Below are positions 47,567 through 57,816 of a stretch of DNA of 64,000 nt, in pieces. The DNA is from Candidatus Thorarchaeota archaeon (GTDB lineage Archaea; Asgardarchaeota; Thorarchaeia; Thorarchaeales; Thorarchaeaceae). The stretch lies in NCBI GenBank assembly GCA_048882325.1, contig JBHLRS010000002.1, forward strand, positions 1-64,000, written 5' to 3'. Position numbers and translations under genes: made by a program. Position 1 is the first letter of the stretch. Each line of letters opens with the position of its first letter. The notes beneath the pieces were generated by a model, which was not told the DNA's origin, ran no database searches, and saw only the letters and a list, made by a program, of their open reading frames with translations.

Positions 47567-48274
47567 TCAAGGTTTCTTAGAACGAATTTCGTCAACGTTG
47601 CGTTGCTCAGCCAGTTCCCCAAATAGGTGTCCAGAGCGTTTCGTCTTGGTTTCAAGATAAGCCCTACTATATTCAGTGGGCTCCATAATCAAAGGTAGTC
47701 GTTCATCGATTCTTATCCCTGCATTAGATAACTGTCTAATCTTCTCTGGATTATTGGTAAGTAGTTTGATTGATTTCACTTGTAAGTTGTTTAGGATACT
47801 AGCGGCTATGCCATAATCCCTCTCGTCAGGTTTGTAGCCCAGGTGGATGTTTGCATCAACTGTATCAAGACCAAGGTCCTGAAGAGCATATGCTCTGATT
47901 TTCTCAGTGAGACCAATGTTACGGCCCTCCTGTCTCAGATAGAGAAGAACACCCTCACCTTCCTCTTCGATAATCTTCATTGAAGTCAGGAGTTGGTCAC
48001 GGCAGTCACAACGTTGACTACCCATCACATCTCCTGTCAAGCATTCGGAGTGGACTCGGGTAACAACACCCTCTTTACCAACGATATTACCTCTGATGAT
48101 AGCAGTGTGCTCCTTTACATCGCATGGACTGATGAAGCCAGCAATCTGAAACGCTCCAAATCTGCTAGGGAGGTCAGCCACTGCTACTAGTTGGACACAG
48201 CATTCATCAGTGACGCAAACCTGCTTCTCACTAGCGATTAGTAGCATATCGATTTGATCTTGGGAGAGCTTCAT
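47567..48274 (-). CDS. ribA: GTP cyclohydrolase II
   Basis: RVHSECLTGD, SQRCDC, YLRQEGRNIGL, DTVDAN, LLTNNP; start placed at MKLSQ. Confidence 0.93.
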   Translation of the reverse strand: MKLSQDQIDMLLIASEKQVCVTDECCVQLVAVADLPSRFGAFQIAGFISPCDVKEHTAIIRGNIVGKEGVVTRVHSECLTGDVMGSQRCDCRDQLLTSMKIIEEEGEGVLLYLRQEGRNIGLTEKIRAYALQDLGLDTVDANIHLGYKPDERDYGIAASILNNLQVKSIKLLTNNPEKIRQLSNAGIRIDERLPLIMEPTEYSRAYLETKTKRSGHLFGELAEQRNVDEIRSKKP

Positions 48275-48391
48275 TATTTTCGGAATGGGGCGATAACCTA
48301 TGCTTGATATACCTTTGTGAATAACAGAATCCGACAGTTCTAAATAGCACCAACATTTTCCCGGACGATATCGTTTCACGAGGGATATCAA

Positions 48392-49459
48392 TTGACCAGA
48401 AACCATGAAGCTGCCTCAGAGAAGAGCCAAGCTTGGCTCAAGGAGAACACAAAAAGATACGCTTTCAAGAAACTTGAGAGAGAGATTATTCAGACCGGAG
48501 CCTGTGTTGAATGTGGCTCTTGCGTCACTGGTTGCCCTGTCGATGCTTTAACCGGAGAGCGCGTGGAGAGCAAGTATGTTCCTACACTGACTGGCAAGTG
48601 TACTGCCTGTGGAATATGCTATGCGATGTGTCCTCGCATTTCTATATTGGAAGACGATCTCATCGGAGAGTATTCGAGTGTTTGGAAAGTGAGGACTCTT
48701 GGAGATCATAATCGTCAAGATGGAGGTGCTGTCACAACGATTCTTGGTTATATGCTCGAGAAGAATGAAATCGAGGCAGCAATTGTTGCAGGTCAGTCTG
48801 ATGAGCTGCCCTGGATGCCTGTTGCAAAAAGAGTCACCACGAAAGAAGATCTACTCGCATCAGGCGGGACTGTCTATACACACGCGCAGGTGATTGGAGA
48901 GATGCACAATTTCTTCAAGGAGAATTTCTCTTCAGTTGGTGTAGTGGGTACAGCGTGCAACATTGATGCTATTCAAAGAATGCAGCAGCACGAGGGAAGT
49001 TATTTGAAACTTGATTCAAAGACAGATGTCTTCAAAGTAAGTCTCTTCTGTATGGAGTCCTTCGATTATAACGGTCTTGTAGGATTCTTGAAAGGTGAAG
49101 GCATCGATATTGGGAAGGTCGAACGATTTGCCATCACTAAAGGCAACTTCATCGTGACAGTTGGCGGAGAGGAAAAGAGCTGGCCAGTAAAGGATCTTGA
49201 TGCCATTTCAGCCTCCTCGTGTTCATATTGCACTGATTTGACTGGAATGAACTCAGATCTCTCATGCGGGAATATTGGTTCAGATGATGGTTGGACCACA
49301 GTTATCGTCAGAAGCAAGAGAGGAGATAAAATCTTCAAATCAGTCATCAAAGAAGGACTCGTGGAAGCAGAGGAGATCGACCAAGCTGCTTTACAAGCTG
49401 TGATTAACACTGCACGATCCAAGAAGCATAAGCGTTTCAAACTGAAACCGATTCATTAG
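48392..49459 (+). CDS. coenzyme F420 hydrogenase/dehydrogenase beta subunit (FrhB/FdhB family) with N-terminal 2x[4Fe-4S]
   Basis: CVECGSCVTGCP, CTACGICYAMCP, QDGGAVT, VGTAC, LFCMESF, CSYCTD, DLSCGNIG. Confidence 0.9.
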   Translation: MTRNHEAASEKSQAWLKENTKRYAFKKLEREIIQTGACVECGSCVTGCPVDALTGERVESKYVPTLTGKCTACGICYAMCPRISILEDDLIGEYSSVWKVRTLGDHNRQDGGAVTTILGYMLEKNEIEAAIVAGQSDELPWMPVAKRVTTKEDLLASGGTVYTHAQVIGEMHNFFKENFSSVGVVGTACNIDAIQRMQQHEGSYLKLDSKTDVFKVSLFCMESFDYNGLVGFLKGEGIDIGKVERFAITKGNFIVTVGGEEKSWPVKDLDAISASSCSYCTDLTGMNSDLSCGNIGSDDGWTTVIVRSKRGDKIFKSVIKEGLVEAEEIDQAALQAVINTARSKKHKRFKLKPIH

Positions 49460-49523
49460 GAAATACCCTCTTTGAGATGAATTTCGAGTGAATTCATAAG
49501 AAACGTTGATTCTCAAAGAATAG

Positions 49524-50048
49524 ATGAAGAATAACATCCTGCTAACTGGCAAACCTGGAATTGGGAAAACAACTGCAATAAGAACTGTAGTTAACGAACT
49601 CGGTTCTAGTAGAGTTGCTGGTTTTTTGTCGGGTGAGATTCGAGAGAAAGGACGAAGAGTTGGGTTCAGAATAGAAACACTTTCCGGAAAATTAGGAATA
49701 CTTGCTCATGTGAATCAGAGAGTTGGACCGAAAGTAAGCAAGTATAGAGTCAATATTGAAGATATTGATTCAATCATGGTATCAGAGATGAAGATGGCGC
49801 GTGAATCAAGTAGAATAATCATCATAGATGAGATTGCTAAGATGGAGCTCTACTCGCAGAATTTTGTAAATGAAGTCCGTAAGTGTCTAGACACTAGGCA
49901 GGTTCTTGGAACAATCCAAGAAAGGCGCCTCACTTTCCTTGATGAAATCAGAGCACGGGAGGATGTGCTCATAATTAAACTGACTCCTGCTAACCGTGAC
50001 CGGGTTCCTTTGCAATTACTCGATTTATTTAAGGAGCAAACTATCTAG
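49524..50048 (+). CDS. nucleoside-triphosphatase (THEP1/NTPase_1 family)
   Basis: LTGKPGIGKTT, GRRVGF, IIDEIAKMEL. Confidence 0.92.
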   Translation: MKNNILLTGKPGIGKTTAIRTVVNELGSSRVAGFLSGEIREKGRRVGFRIETLSGKLGILAHVNQRVGPKVSKYRVNIEDIDSIMVSEMKMARESSRIIIIDEIAKMELYSQNFVNEVRKCLDTRQVLGTIQERRLTFLDEIRAREDVLIIKLTPANRDRVPLQLLDLFKEQTI

Positions 50049-51798
50049 TTTTGGTTCTGAAGTAGAGGATAAAAAGCACTAGTAATGAGAGTGCGCCAAA
50101 TATCACTACGCCAGCATAGAGGAGAGCTGGAACTCGGTCAATTCCCTGGCTAGTGATTTCAATGTCCATCCATCCAGAGTCGTAAACAAGATTGACTGAT
50201 GAGTTATCGGTTGCGAGAATCTTGAACCAGACCACTACTCCATGTTTGTATTCTCCGAGATGTGCCGTGAAGACATTCTCGATTTCAGATTGTTCCATGT
50301 CTAGAGTTTCGTACTCAAACTCTGTAGAATTAGGATCTCCCACGCCCCATTGAACCTGCAGCTCGCTGATGTTGTTCAAGTCCCAGACATATGCATGAAC
50401 TGTCAGGTTGTTTGTAGTCCTAGTCGAGAATGTTTGGAATGTCCGAATCTCAGCCACTGTGGGAGGATGGGCATCTGGGGAAACCTCGACCTCTATCGAT
50501 GAATAGGCAGTTTGATTGAAGAAGTCTGTGTAACTCATGTTGTAGAGGTATATGCCAACTGCAAAGCCATCCACATCAAGGACATAGTCCTCACCACGCC
50601 AGGTGCCATTCTCGTAGGCCTCGCCGTTCAATGTGAGATTGAAGTAGTATGGATTACTCTCCTCAATGGTCCAATTGATACTGTACCCCGTATATCCTTC
50701 TTCATATATGAGGTCACCAGAAGATGTGATAACTGGAGCACGAAGGTCTTTGTAGACTGTTACATTAACTGAATCATTGGACATTCTACCGTCATCATCA
50801 AATAGTGTGAGTGTGATAGTGTAGTTCCCAAGGTAGAGACCATCTACTACAGTAGAGATGTTCCCACCATCAGGATCAGTAAAGGTCCAATCAGACTCCA
50901 CTACATCTATGAACGTATGGAACTGTGACACATTCCCATAAGTTGTGTCATTGTAATGAATCACACCGGTAATAGTGTAGTTCTTTGGATTACTGTCATA
51001 GGCGTGCCAGATGATTTCAAATCCCTCATCTCCAAATTCGTAACTAATGTCAGTAGGAGATGTGATCGTTGGGTTTGTTGTATCAGGAACAACTGTGACA
51101 TTAACATAACTAGTTGCGTTCCTGCCAAAAGTGTCATTCACGAATAGAGAATAAATATACCATCTGGAAACATTCAAACCATCAACATTAACCGTAATGT
51201 TGTTGCCAGTCCATGGACCAGACACGATCACTGTTGCATTGTTTGTAGGCTCATTGGAAGTTCTTGATACATTGTAGAACTCAGGATTAGCCTCAGTGAT
51301 ATTCCATAATATGTTGTGGCCAAAACTCCCAACCTCGTAAGTGATATTTTCTGGCTGTTGAATTATCGGAGCAGTCTCGTCAAGAATCACTGTTATTGTT
51401 GTTGTTGCAGAAGCACTCTCTCCTTCATCATTTACAACGGTGCAGTTCATGATGAGAGTTTTAGGAAGTGTGTCAATCAATGCATCGCGATAAAGCCATA
51501 CAAGGAAAACTGTGATGTCACCACCGTCCCAGAATCCGAAGTCAAGTTGATGTTCATCAACCAATACTGTGTAATTCGCTGGATTAGGATCGCTAGCATG
51601 ATAGACAATTGTATGACCGGTGGTTCCGTTCTCAAACTGATATGTTGCAGGTCCAGTAATAGTGGGAGCCGACAGGACTGTTGTTGCAGTTGGACTATAT
51701 GATTGCCCAACTTCGCCTGCAGTCAAGGCATAAGGTGATAGTACAAGCCATGCTAGAATGAAGACAAACACAATGTTGCGGCGATTTAGTGTGACCAT
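50041..51798 (-). CDS. cell-surface protein with Ig-like repeats
   Basis: Repeated PxIT...YExG..G..IxW...xNP..Y units; signal-like segment from MVTLNRR; C-terminal TM. Confidence 0.85.
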   Translation of the reverse strand: MVTLNRRNIVFVFILAWLVLSPYALTAGEVGQSYSPTATTVLSAPTITGPATYQFENGTTGHTIVYHASDPNPANYTVLVDEHQLDFGFWDGGDITVFLVWLYRDALIDTLPKTLIMNCTVVNDEGESASATTTITVILDETAPIIQQPENITYEVGSFGHNILWNITEANPEFYNVSRTSNEPTNNATVIVSGPWTGNNITVNVDGLNVSRWYIYSLFVNDTFGRNATSYVNVTVVPDTTNPTITSPTDISYEFGDEGFEIIWHAYDSNPKNYTITGVIHYNDTTYGNVSQFHTFIDVVESDWTFTDPDGGNISTVVDGLYLGNYTITLTLFDDDGRMSNDSVNVTVYKDLRAPVITSSGDLIYEEGYTGYSINWTIEESNPYYFNLTLNGEAYENGTWRGEDYVLDVDGFAVGIYLYNMSYTDFFNQTAYSSIEVEVSPDAHPPTVAEIRTFQTFSTRTTNNLTVHAYVWDLNNISELQVQWGVGDPNSTEFEYETLDMEQSEIENVFTAHLGEYKHGVVVWFKILATDNSSVNLVYDSGWMDIEITSQGIDRVPALLYAGVVIFGALSLLVLFILYFRTKTR

Positions 51799-52002
51799 TT
51801 GACTTACTTCCTGATATAGGCTGTTTGTGACTTGCTGACCGCTCGAACTTCTTGGGGCGGTTTTATACCCTTCGGTGGTTGAAGTTCTGTTAAACGAAAC
51901 AAATAGGTATCCGTATGACATAGGCTGATAAGACAGAATGTATGTTCAATAGGAAAGCAGCTCTGTCGAAAACGGGACTAGCAAGACACCGGGGAAGCAA
52001 AC

Positions 52003-52917
52003 GTGCCTAAGGCAATCTATTCTATATGGTGGGATGACGTTCTCGGGCCATCAGTTGGACGTTCATTCCCTGAGGAAGGTGCACTGACGAGCGAAGAAGC
52101 TTTAATCGTTTTCATGGGTCATGGTGTGAATCGAGAGGCCGAGGTAGGATACTCAAAATTGACAAGAGGATTGATTATTTCTTACATGAAACCACCTAAC
52201 TGTATAGCGATTCTTCTGGATGATAATGACAATACTCCAGCCATAGAACGAAACCTCCTACGCCTTGTGAAATACATTGATTTCAACAGTGATAAATGGG
52301 ATGCTGAGCTAGAACGAGCATTTCAGCTGCTAAATGAACTTATAGATGAAACAAGTGGAGCATCGCTCCTTACAAATCCTGGTGTCAAGAAACTTGTGGA
52401 GGATATGTCAAGTAATAGAGTGACATCTCTGAAGCCTAAACACGTTCTACGTGCATCAGTTAGATATCCTGAGGCTCATGATTATCTTGGTTCAGATGAT
52501 GACGAAGTCGTTAGAATGCTAAAGGATCTTGATGATGAGAATGTTCTTGAGTCTCGCACATACGGTCGCCGCGTTGTTTGCAGGCAATGTGGAGATTCAG
52601 ACCTAACTGTTGAGCTATTGTGTCCTAATTGCGATTCGAATGATATTCATAAGGTGTATACACTGTTTTGTCCCAAGTGTAGCAATCAATTCCATGCGGT
52701 TTTAGTTGACGATATCGCAGAAGTCACTTGTTTGAACTGCAAAGAACCAGTCAAGGTTGGTGAATTGGCAATCCTTGATGTTGAACCTCTATGCAATAAA
52801 TGTGGAACTGCATCCAGTGACCCTAGGATAGTCTTTCGATGTGCGACTTGTGGGAAACATCTGCGTGGAGCAGACCTACTCGCAGGTACTGGATTAGCAT
52901 ATTATCGAAAAGAGTGA
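52003..52917 (+). CDS. uDENN/longin-like N-terminal domain + wHTH/multi-Zn-ribbon (TackOD1-like) protein
   Basis: IWWDDVLGPSVGRSFP N-terminus; six CxxC pairs after LKDLDDENVLES. Confidence 0.65.
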   Translation: MPKAIYSIWWDDVLGPSVGRSFPEEGALTSEEALIVFMGHGVNREAEVGYSKLTRGLIISYMKPPNCIAILLDDNDNTPAIERNLLRLVKYIDFNSDKWDAELERAFQLLNELIDETSGASLLTNPGVKKLVEDMSSNRVTSLKPKHVLRASVRYPEAHDYLGSDDDEVVRMLKDLDDENVLESRTYGRRVVCRQCGDSDLTVELLCPNCDSNDIHKVYTLFCPKCSNQFHAVLVDDIAEVTCLNCKEPVKVGELAILDVEPLCNKCGTASSDPRIVFRCATCGKHLRGADLLAGTGLAYYRKE

Positions 52918-52971
52918 ACCGCAACAGTTTTGTGTGCGCTGTTTTGCCTCACGTCGGAGTGAGTTTACAAA

Positions 52972-53838
52972 ATGTCAGTAAACACAGTTAATGTAGGGGT
53001 AATTAAGCTCGGTGCAATTGCTTCAGCCCCACTTCTTGATCTGATTTTCGATGAACGTGCAGAACGTGATGACATTAATGTAAGAGCGTTCTCGAGCGGC
53101 GCGAAGATGGATGAGGAATCAAGTGTCGGTCCAGCTGAATCAGTAATCGCATGGGCACCTCACCTTGTGCTGATTGTGAGTCCAAATGCCGCATTACCAG
53201 GGCCCACCAAGGTTAGAGAAATGTTGGCAAAGGCGAAACTTCCAACCATATCCATCTCTGATGGTCCAGCTGAAAAGGCATTCTACAAAAAGAACGAGGA
53301 AGGAAAGAAGAAACCTCATGTTCTCGAGGGGCAGGGATTCATTGTAATCCCATCAGATTCCATGATTGGAGCCAAGAAGGAGTTTCTTGATCCCACTGAG
53401 ATGACTCTCTTTAATGCCGATGCAATTAAAGTTCTGGCAAACACAGGAGTAATGCGAGCAATTCAGAACGAGCTGGATGAAGTTGTTGCCGCTTTTCAAG
53501 CAGGCGAAACACCTGAAATGCCTCAAGTGAAACTAACAGCGGAAAAAGCAGTGAAGTGTGGATACTTCAAGAACCCATATGCTCATGCAAAAGCCATCGC
53601 AGCGTTGACAATTGCTGAAGCTGTTGCTGAAATAACAGCCAAGGGTTGCTTCAAAACAAAAGAATCAGAGAAGTACATCCCACTCGTCAGTGCGGGTCAC
53701 GAAATGATGAGAGTAGCAGCAAAGCTAGCTGATGAAATAAGGGAGCTTGAAAAAGCAGGAGATTCCGTTCTAAGAAACCCACACGTTTCAAAGGGCAAAG
53801 TCAAGACAAAGACTGCTTTGATGGACAAGCCGAAGTAG
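52972..53838 (+). CDS. mtd: F420-dependent methylene-H4MPT dehydrogenase
   Basis: KLGAI, DERAERDDI, SGAKM, SPNAALPGP, DSMIGAKKEFLDPTEM, NPYAHAKA, HEMMR. Confidence 0.93.
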   Translation: MSVNTVNVGVIKLGAIASAPLLDLIFDERAERDDINVRAFSSGAKMDEESSVGPAESVIAWAPHLVLIVSPNAALPGPTKVREMLAKAKLPTISISDGPAEKAFYKKNEEGKKKPHVLEGQGFIVIPSDSMIGAKKEFLDPTEMTLFNADAIKVLANTGVMRAIQNELDEVVAAFQAGETPEMPQVKLTAEKAVKCGYFKNPYAHAKAIAALTIAEAVAEITAKGCFKTKESEKYIPLVSAGHEMMRVAAKLADEIRELEKAGDSVLRNPHVSKGKVKTKTALMDKPK

Positions 53839-53845
53839 CCCAGTG

Positions 53846-55441
53846 CTACTTCTTCTTCTTCTTTTTCTTTACAGTCTTCTTGACCACCGAACGAGCTGCC
53901 TTCAGAATCTTCTCGGCACCAGCGACACTGAGACCCTCAATCTTAGGGGCCAATCTTTGAGCAGACTCACCAGCTAACTGTGCGGCGGACCCATACCCTG
54001 CAGCTATTAGCTTTTTCTCAAGGCTCTCACCTATGCCGGGAACTCTACGCAAGGGAAGCATTTCCTTGAACTCATCGCCCAAGATGTCTTCAAACTCACT
54101 GTCACTCACATCATTAGAAGCGTCGATGATGTCTAGCTGACTCCGTATTGATGCAAAGTCCTCAGCACCTACAAAGGCATCGACTGTCCGTTTCACTTGT
54201 CGTTCATCAAAATCTAGGTCTAAATCCTCCATCTCGATTTCCCTGCCAAGGGTTGCCGGGAGCGGCCCGGTTAGATAAAGTGCGCCTAAAGAGAGAAGAA
54301 TTGCCATCTGTCCTCCAACTGCCGAGAGTAAGCTAGGTGCATCAAAGGTGATACCCATTATCACGACATTTATGTCCAATCCCCAAAAGAGGGTCATATA
54401 ACCAAGGAAGAAGAACCAGTATAATGAAAGTCGAAATCCCTTTGATTTCACAGGACCAAGTTCAGGCCAAATCAAGAGTAAGCACAAGCCAAGCAAGTAA
54501 CCTTCCACAACTCTCTCTGAGATTAGCAGAGCATCCAACCAATTGGTATCAACAAAGGTAGACCCAAAGATAGTCAGTAATCCCATCAATAGGATTACAA
54601 AACGAAAAGCAGTCTTCCTACCATACCGATCAGATATGAACCCAGCAAGTAGAATTGAAATAATAAATGGCACCATCTCAAGTATCCCGAGGTTGGCTGA
54701 CTGACTTAATGAAATGAATGAGGGAGTTTTAGACAGTTCCAGATTTGTGACCGTATACCAAAGCAAATGTGCTCCAAGAATGAAAGTCATTGGAACGAAA
54801 TACTTGAAGGAACTTCCTGTGATAGTCAGTGAAGCTCGAGCAACTTTCCAAGGTCTAAATGAAGCTGATAGTAGGATTGCGACAATCGACACCATTGTTG
54901 GAAGTGTAATATCATTTGTCAGAACTGCCAAAAAAGAGATACTTTCCATGTATCTATAGAGTGAAGCAATAATAACAGCTGTTGCTAGGAACACTGCTAC
55001 TGTTCTGCCGCGAAAACGCAGTACTACACTCTGATTGATTCTGGCAGACCAAGAAATGAGCATCAATGCTAGACATCCAAAGGTCATTGTTGAGAGAAGA
55101 ATGGGGTACATCTCAGTATAATCAGAACCAATCTCGAGAATACTGAGTAGTCCAATGAAACTTGGAATTAATGCTGCAAAATACATCAAAAAATCGTGTT
55201 TTCGGATTCGATCCACAAGCAATCCAGAAAGGGGTAATGCAAAAACCGTAGTCAAAGCTCCATAACCTAGAAGACCGTAATGATCTTCAATTGACATACC
55301 AAGGTAGCCAAACAAAGTTCCTGACAAAAGGCCAGTAATCACATAAATTGAGAAAGCCATAGGAACTGCGAGTAGTACATAGATAAACATCGTCTTCAAT
55401 GGAAAATCGCGGTACTCTAACAAATCCGTTCCACCTTTCAA
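53846..55441 (-). CDS. MFS-like membrane protein fused to a C-terminal helix-hairpin-helix domain and poly-Lys tail
   Basis: GLLVDRIR, RFRGR, GFISDRYGRK; C-terminal LRRVPGIGESLEKKL...IEGLSVAGAEKI; KKKKKKK. Confidence 0.8.
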   Translation of the reverse strand: MKGGTDLLEYRDFPLKTMFIYVLLAVPMAFSIYVITGLLSGTLFGYLGMSIEDHYGLLGYGALTTVFALPLSGLLVDRIRKHDFLMYFAALIPSFIGLLSILEIGSDYTEMYPILLSTMTFGCLALMLISWSARINQSVVLRFRGRTVAVFLATAVIIASLYRYMESISFLAVLTNDITLPTMVSIVAILLSASFRPWKVARASLTITGSSFKYFVPMTFILGAHLLWYTVTNLELSKTPSFISLSQSANLGILEMVPFIISILLAGFISDRYGRKTAFRFVILLMGLLTIFGSTFVDTNWLDALLISERVVEGYLLGLCLLLIWPELGPVKSKGFRLSLYWFFFLGYMTLFWGLDINVVIMGITFDAPSLLSAVGGQMAILLSLGALYLTGPLPATLGREIEMEDLDLDFDERQVKRTVDAFVGAEDFASIRSQLDIIDASNDVSDSEFEDILGDEFKEMLPLRRVPGIGESLEKKLIAAGYGSAAQLAGESAQRLAPKIEGLSVAGAEKILKAARSVVKKTVKKKKKKK

Positions 55442-55548
55442 GATGTGCGACTCATCAACCTGTTATGGATGTTTCGGGCTACACAACAATTTCGGAGCGA
55501 TATCTTAAAGACTATTCAGAATCTGGAAAAGACAAGGAGAGTAAGTGT

Positions 55549-56457
55549 TTGGTAGACAAACTCGGTGTCAATGAGTTTATGGTCCTCACTGCAGGAGGTA
55601 CACCAATCTTCCATTATTCAAAAACAGAAACAAGAAAGCTGGATGAGCTGTTGTCAGGCTTTCTTAGTGCAATGACAAGTTTCGCCACTGAGTTTGGAGA
55701 GAAGTCAATTCAGAGATTGTCATTTGAAGGATCAGAGCTACTCTATGAGCAGTTTGGATCTGAGTACTTGTTCATCTTTCTCGTTGATTCGGGCTCCTCA
55801 GAGAAAGTTCTACGTGTTGTATTAAGAGAACTCAGTAAACGCTTCCTATCTAGATATCAGACTGAACTGAAAATGGATATTCCCGTGCTTGATGTTTTCA
55901 TGGATTTCCAGACTGATGTGCAAGGAGTCTTAGCATATTATGAGGGAATACTTGTAATTATGTCAAGTCTAAGTGCGTTTGTTATACCTGAAGCTAAGAA
56001 GGATAACATGGATATCGCAATTAGAAGTGGAGGATTTCTAGACGAGTTTCATCGAGACCTCGGCAACTCTGGCAACCGTGTTTTGTCAGCCATTGATGGT
56101 CAGACATCTATCTATGATATGAGTAGAAACTTGGGTTTAGCAGAACCCGAGATTTCTGAGGTAGTCGAATACCTAGCCATAAGGGGGCTTCTCAGAATAT
56201 CAAAACTTTGTCCCTTAATTCAGGAGAAAGATGCTCGATTTGATGCGTACCTCGATTTAATCGGTCTTCCAAGTAAGGACTATCAGCTCCTTGATAGAGC
56301 GAAGTCACTTTGCAACGGTGATCGTTCCCTAGTAGATATCAGTGAACGCCTAGGTGTGGTTCCCGAACAGCTCTATGAAGTTCTTGAGAAGCTCGGTGAT
56401 GAAGTTGAGTGGAAGCTCATTGAAGTAAGTGGTCTAGTGGATGACCCAATGTCTTGA
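55549..56457 (+). CDS. longin + tandem winged-helix protein (NPRL2-like architecture)
   Basis: FMVLTAGGTPIFHY...LLSGFLSAMTSFA longin pattern; AIDGQTSIYDMS and CNGDRSLVDIS wHTH units; TTG start after AAGGAG. Confidence 0.7.
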   Translation: MVDKLGVNEFMVLTAGGTPIFHYSKTETRKLDELLSGFLSAMTSFATEFGEKSIQRLSFEGSELLYEQFGSEYLFIFLVDSGSSEKVLRVVLRELSKRFLSRYQTELKMDIPVLDVFMDFQTDVQGVLAYYEGILVIMSSLSAFVIPEAKKDNMDIAIRSGGFLDEFHRDLGNSGNRVLSAIDGQTSIYDMSRNLGLAEPEISEVVEYLAIRGLLRISKLCPLIQEKDARFDAYLDLIGLPSKDYQLLDRAKSLCNGDRSLVDISERLGVVPEQLYEVLEKLGDEVEWKLIEVSGLVDDPMS

Positions 56458-56538
56458 AAAGCAATTATCGTTCCGGCAAAGGTATTAAGTGCCTTCGTAT
56501 ACCTCATGAATAGCTCGTGCTGATAGGAGGCCACCTCC

Positions 56539-57816
56539 TTGGTTAAAGAAATCATTGTGCTTCGAGATACAGGAATTCTCCTTTTCCACTACAGTGTTAG
56601 TGGAACTCGAAGACTTGATGAGCTTGCAGCAGCTTTTCTTTCTGCAGTCGGTTCATTTGCCAAAGAGGTGAGCCAAGATAGAATTACAGTCATGTCATTC
56701 GCCAAGAACAAACTGGTTTGGGAGCGAAAGGGAGACCTCTACTTTATTGCACTAGTTTCAGAAGAGGATAGTGGGGAGATTCATAGAGTAATACTGCAAG
56801 ATCTTGCTGAGCAGTTTGTCAGTATGTTCTATTCCGATCTTAGAAGAGAGCTTCCTGACTCGAAAAAGTTTCGTGCTTTTGCAGATACTGTTGAGGTGAC
56901 CCTCCAAAAATTCGATGGAATACCTGGATTGGCCCGACGCTACAAAACAATACTACTACCTGCAGAAGATCTAAACACCTTGAAACGAGTGTTATCAGAA
57001 GTCGAGGTCAATCGGGACATTCTTCGAGGCGGCATGGTTTCCTCAAAAGGTTACGTTTCCGTTTCAAATCTGAGGGCATATGAACTCGAAGCGGCATTAG
57101 ACTTCCTACCAACTGTGAAAGAAAAAGTTGAGATGAGGGAACACTCTAGTCTTGAGAAAGGAACTGCATTCCTCTTAGTTCAGATTCCAAAAAAGGGTCT
57201 ATGCGCTTTCGTAGTCAAACTTGGGATGTCTGAGAAAACCTATCTGGATCTTATCAATCCCTTCACTTCGCTCCTCCAACTGACGAGTTTCGAGAATGCG
57301 AGGAAATTTGAACCTGACAAGGTCGAAGGTCCAATCTCGTTCTACGATTTTGATGCTGTTTCAATAGCTATTCCTGAAGAAGACCTTAGACGAGAAACCA
57401 AGATGTCTCTATCATCATTTTCTGATAGTATTCAGGCAGGAGCAGTGCGACTCGTAAATTCTATTACTGAAACCTCCACAGTAGCGGATGTGGTTGAAGC
57501 AAGCGGTCTTATTCGTGAACAAGCAGACGAGGTCCTTGCGCAGTTGATCGCAAAAGGAGTGTTGCGAATTTCAAAACTGTTTCCTGTAATGGAAGATAGG
57601 GATGAAAGATTCGTTGCTTATCTTGAGGTCATCGGAATCAAAAAAAGGGATTTTGATATTGTCGATTCTATCTGGAAATACTGCAATGGAAGTCTATCTC
57701 TAAGGGAGATTTCTGAGAGGTCAGATATCCCAGCCCAAAGAATACTCGACGTCCTTAGAGCACTAGGTAATCATGTGCAATGGTTGAAGGAGAGGATGCT
57801 AAGTCATGTCAGGTAA
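56539..57816 (+). CDS. longin + roadblock-like + tandem winged-helix protein
   Basis: IIVLRDTGILLFHY...LAAAFLSAVGSFA longin; GGMVSSKGYVSVSNL roadblock-like; C-terminus homologous to the upstream paralogue; AGGAGG SD. Confidence 0.7.
   Translation: MVKEIIVLRDTGILLFHYSVSGTRRLDELAAAFLSAVGSFAKEVSQDRITVMSFAKNKLVWERKGDLYFIALVSEEDSGEIHRVILQDLAEQFVSMFYSDLRRELPDSKKFRAFADTVEVTLQKFDGIPGLARRYKTILLPAEDLNTLKRVLSEVEVNRDILRGGMVSSKGYVSVSNLRAYELEAALDFLPTVKEKVEMREHSSLEKGTAFLLVQIPKKGLCAFVVKLGMSEKTYLDLINPFTSLLQLTSFENARKFEPDKVEGPISFYDFDAVSIAIPEEDLRRETKMSLSSFSDSIQAGAVRLVNSITETSTVADVVEASGLIREQADEVLAQLIAKGVLRISKLFPVMEDRDERFVAYLEVIGIKKRDFDIVDSIWKYCNGSLSLREISERSDIPAQRILDVLRALGNHVQWLKERMLSHVR

Noticed and set aside
48392-53838. 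Methanogenesis inferred from mtd and the frhB-like gene
   Set aside because: Both also occur in non-methanogenic H4MPT/Wood-Ljungdahl pathways; no mcr or mtr genes are in the window.
53849-53870. (CTT)n simple repeat
   Set aside because: It encodes the poly-Lys tail of 53846..55441; no sign of a contingency locus.
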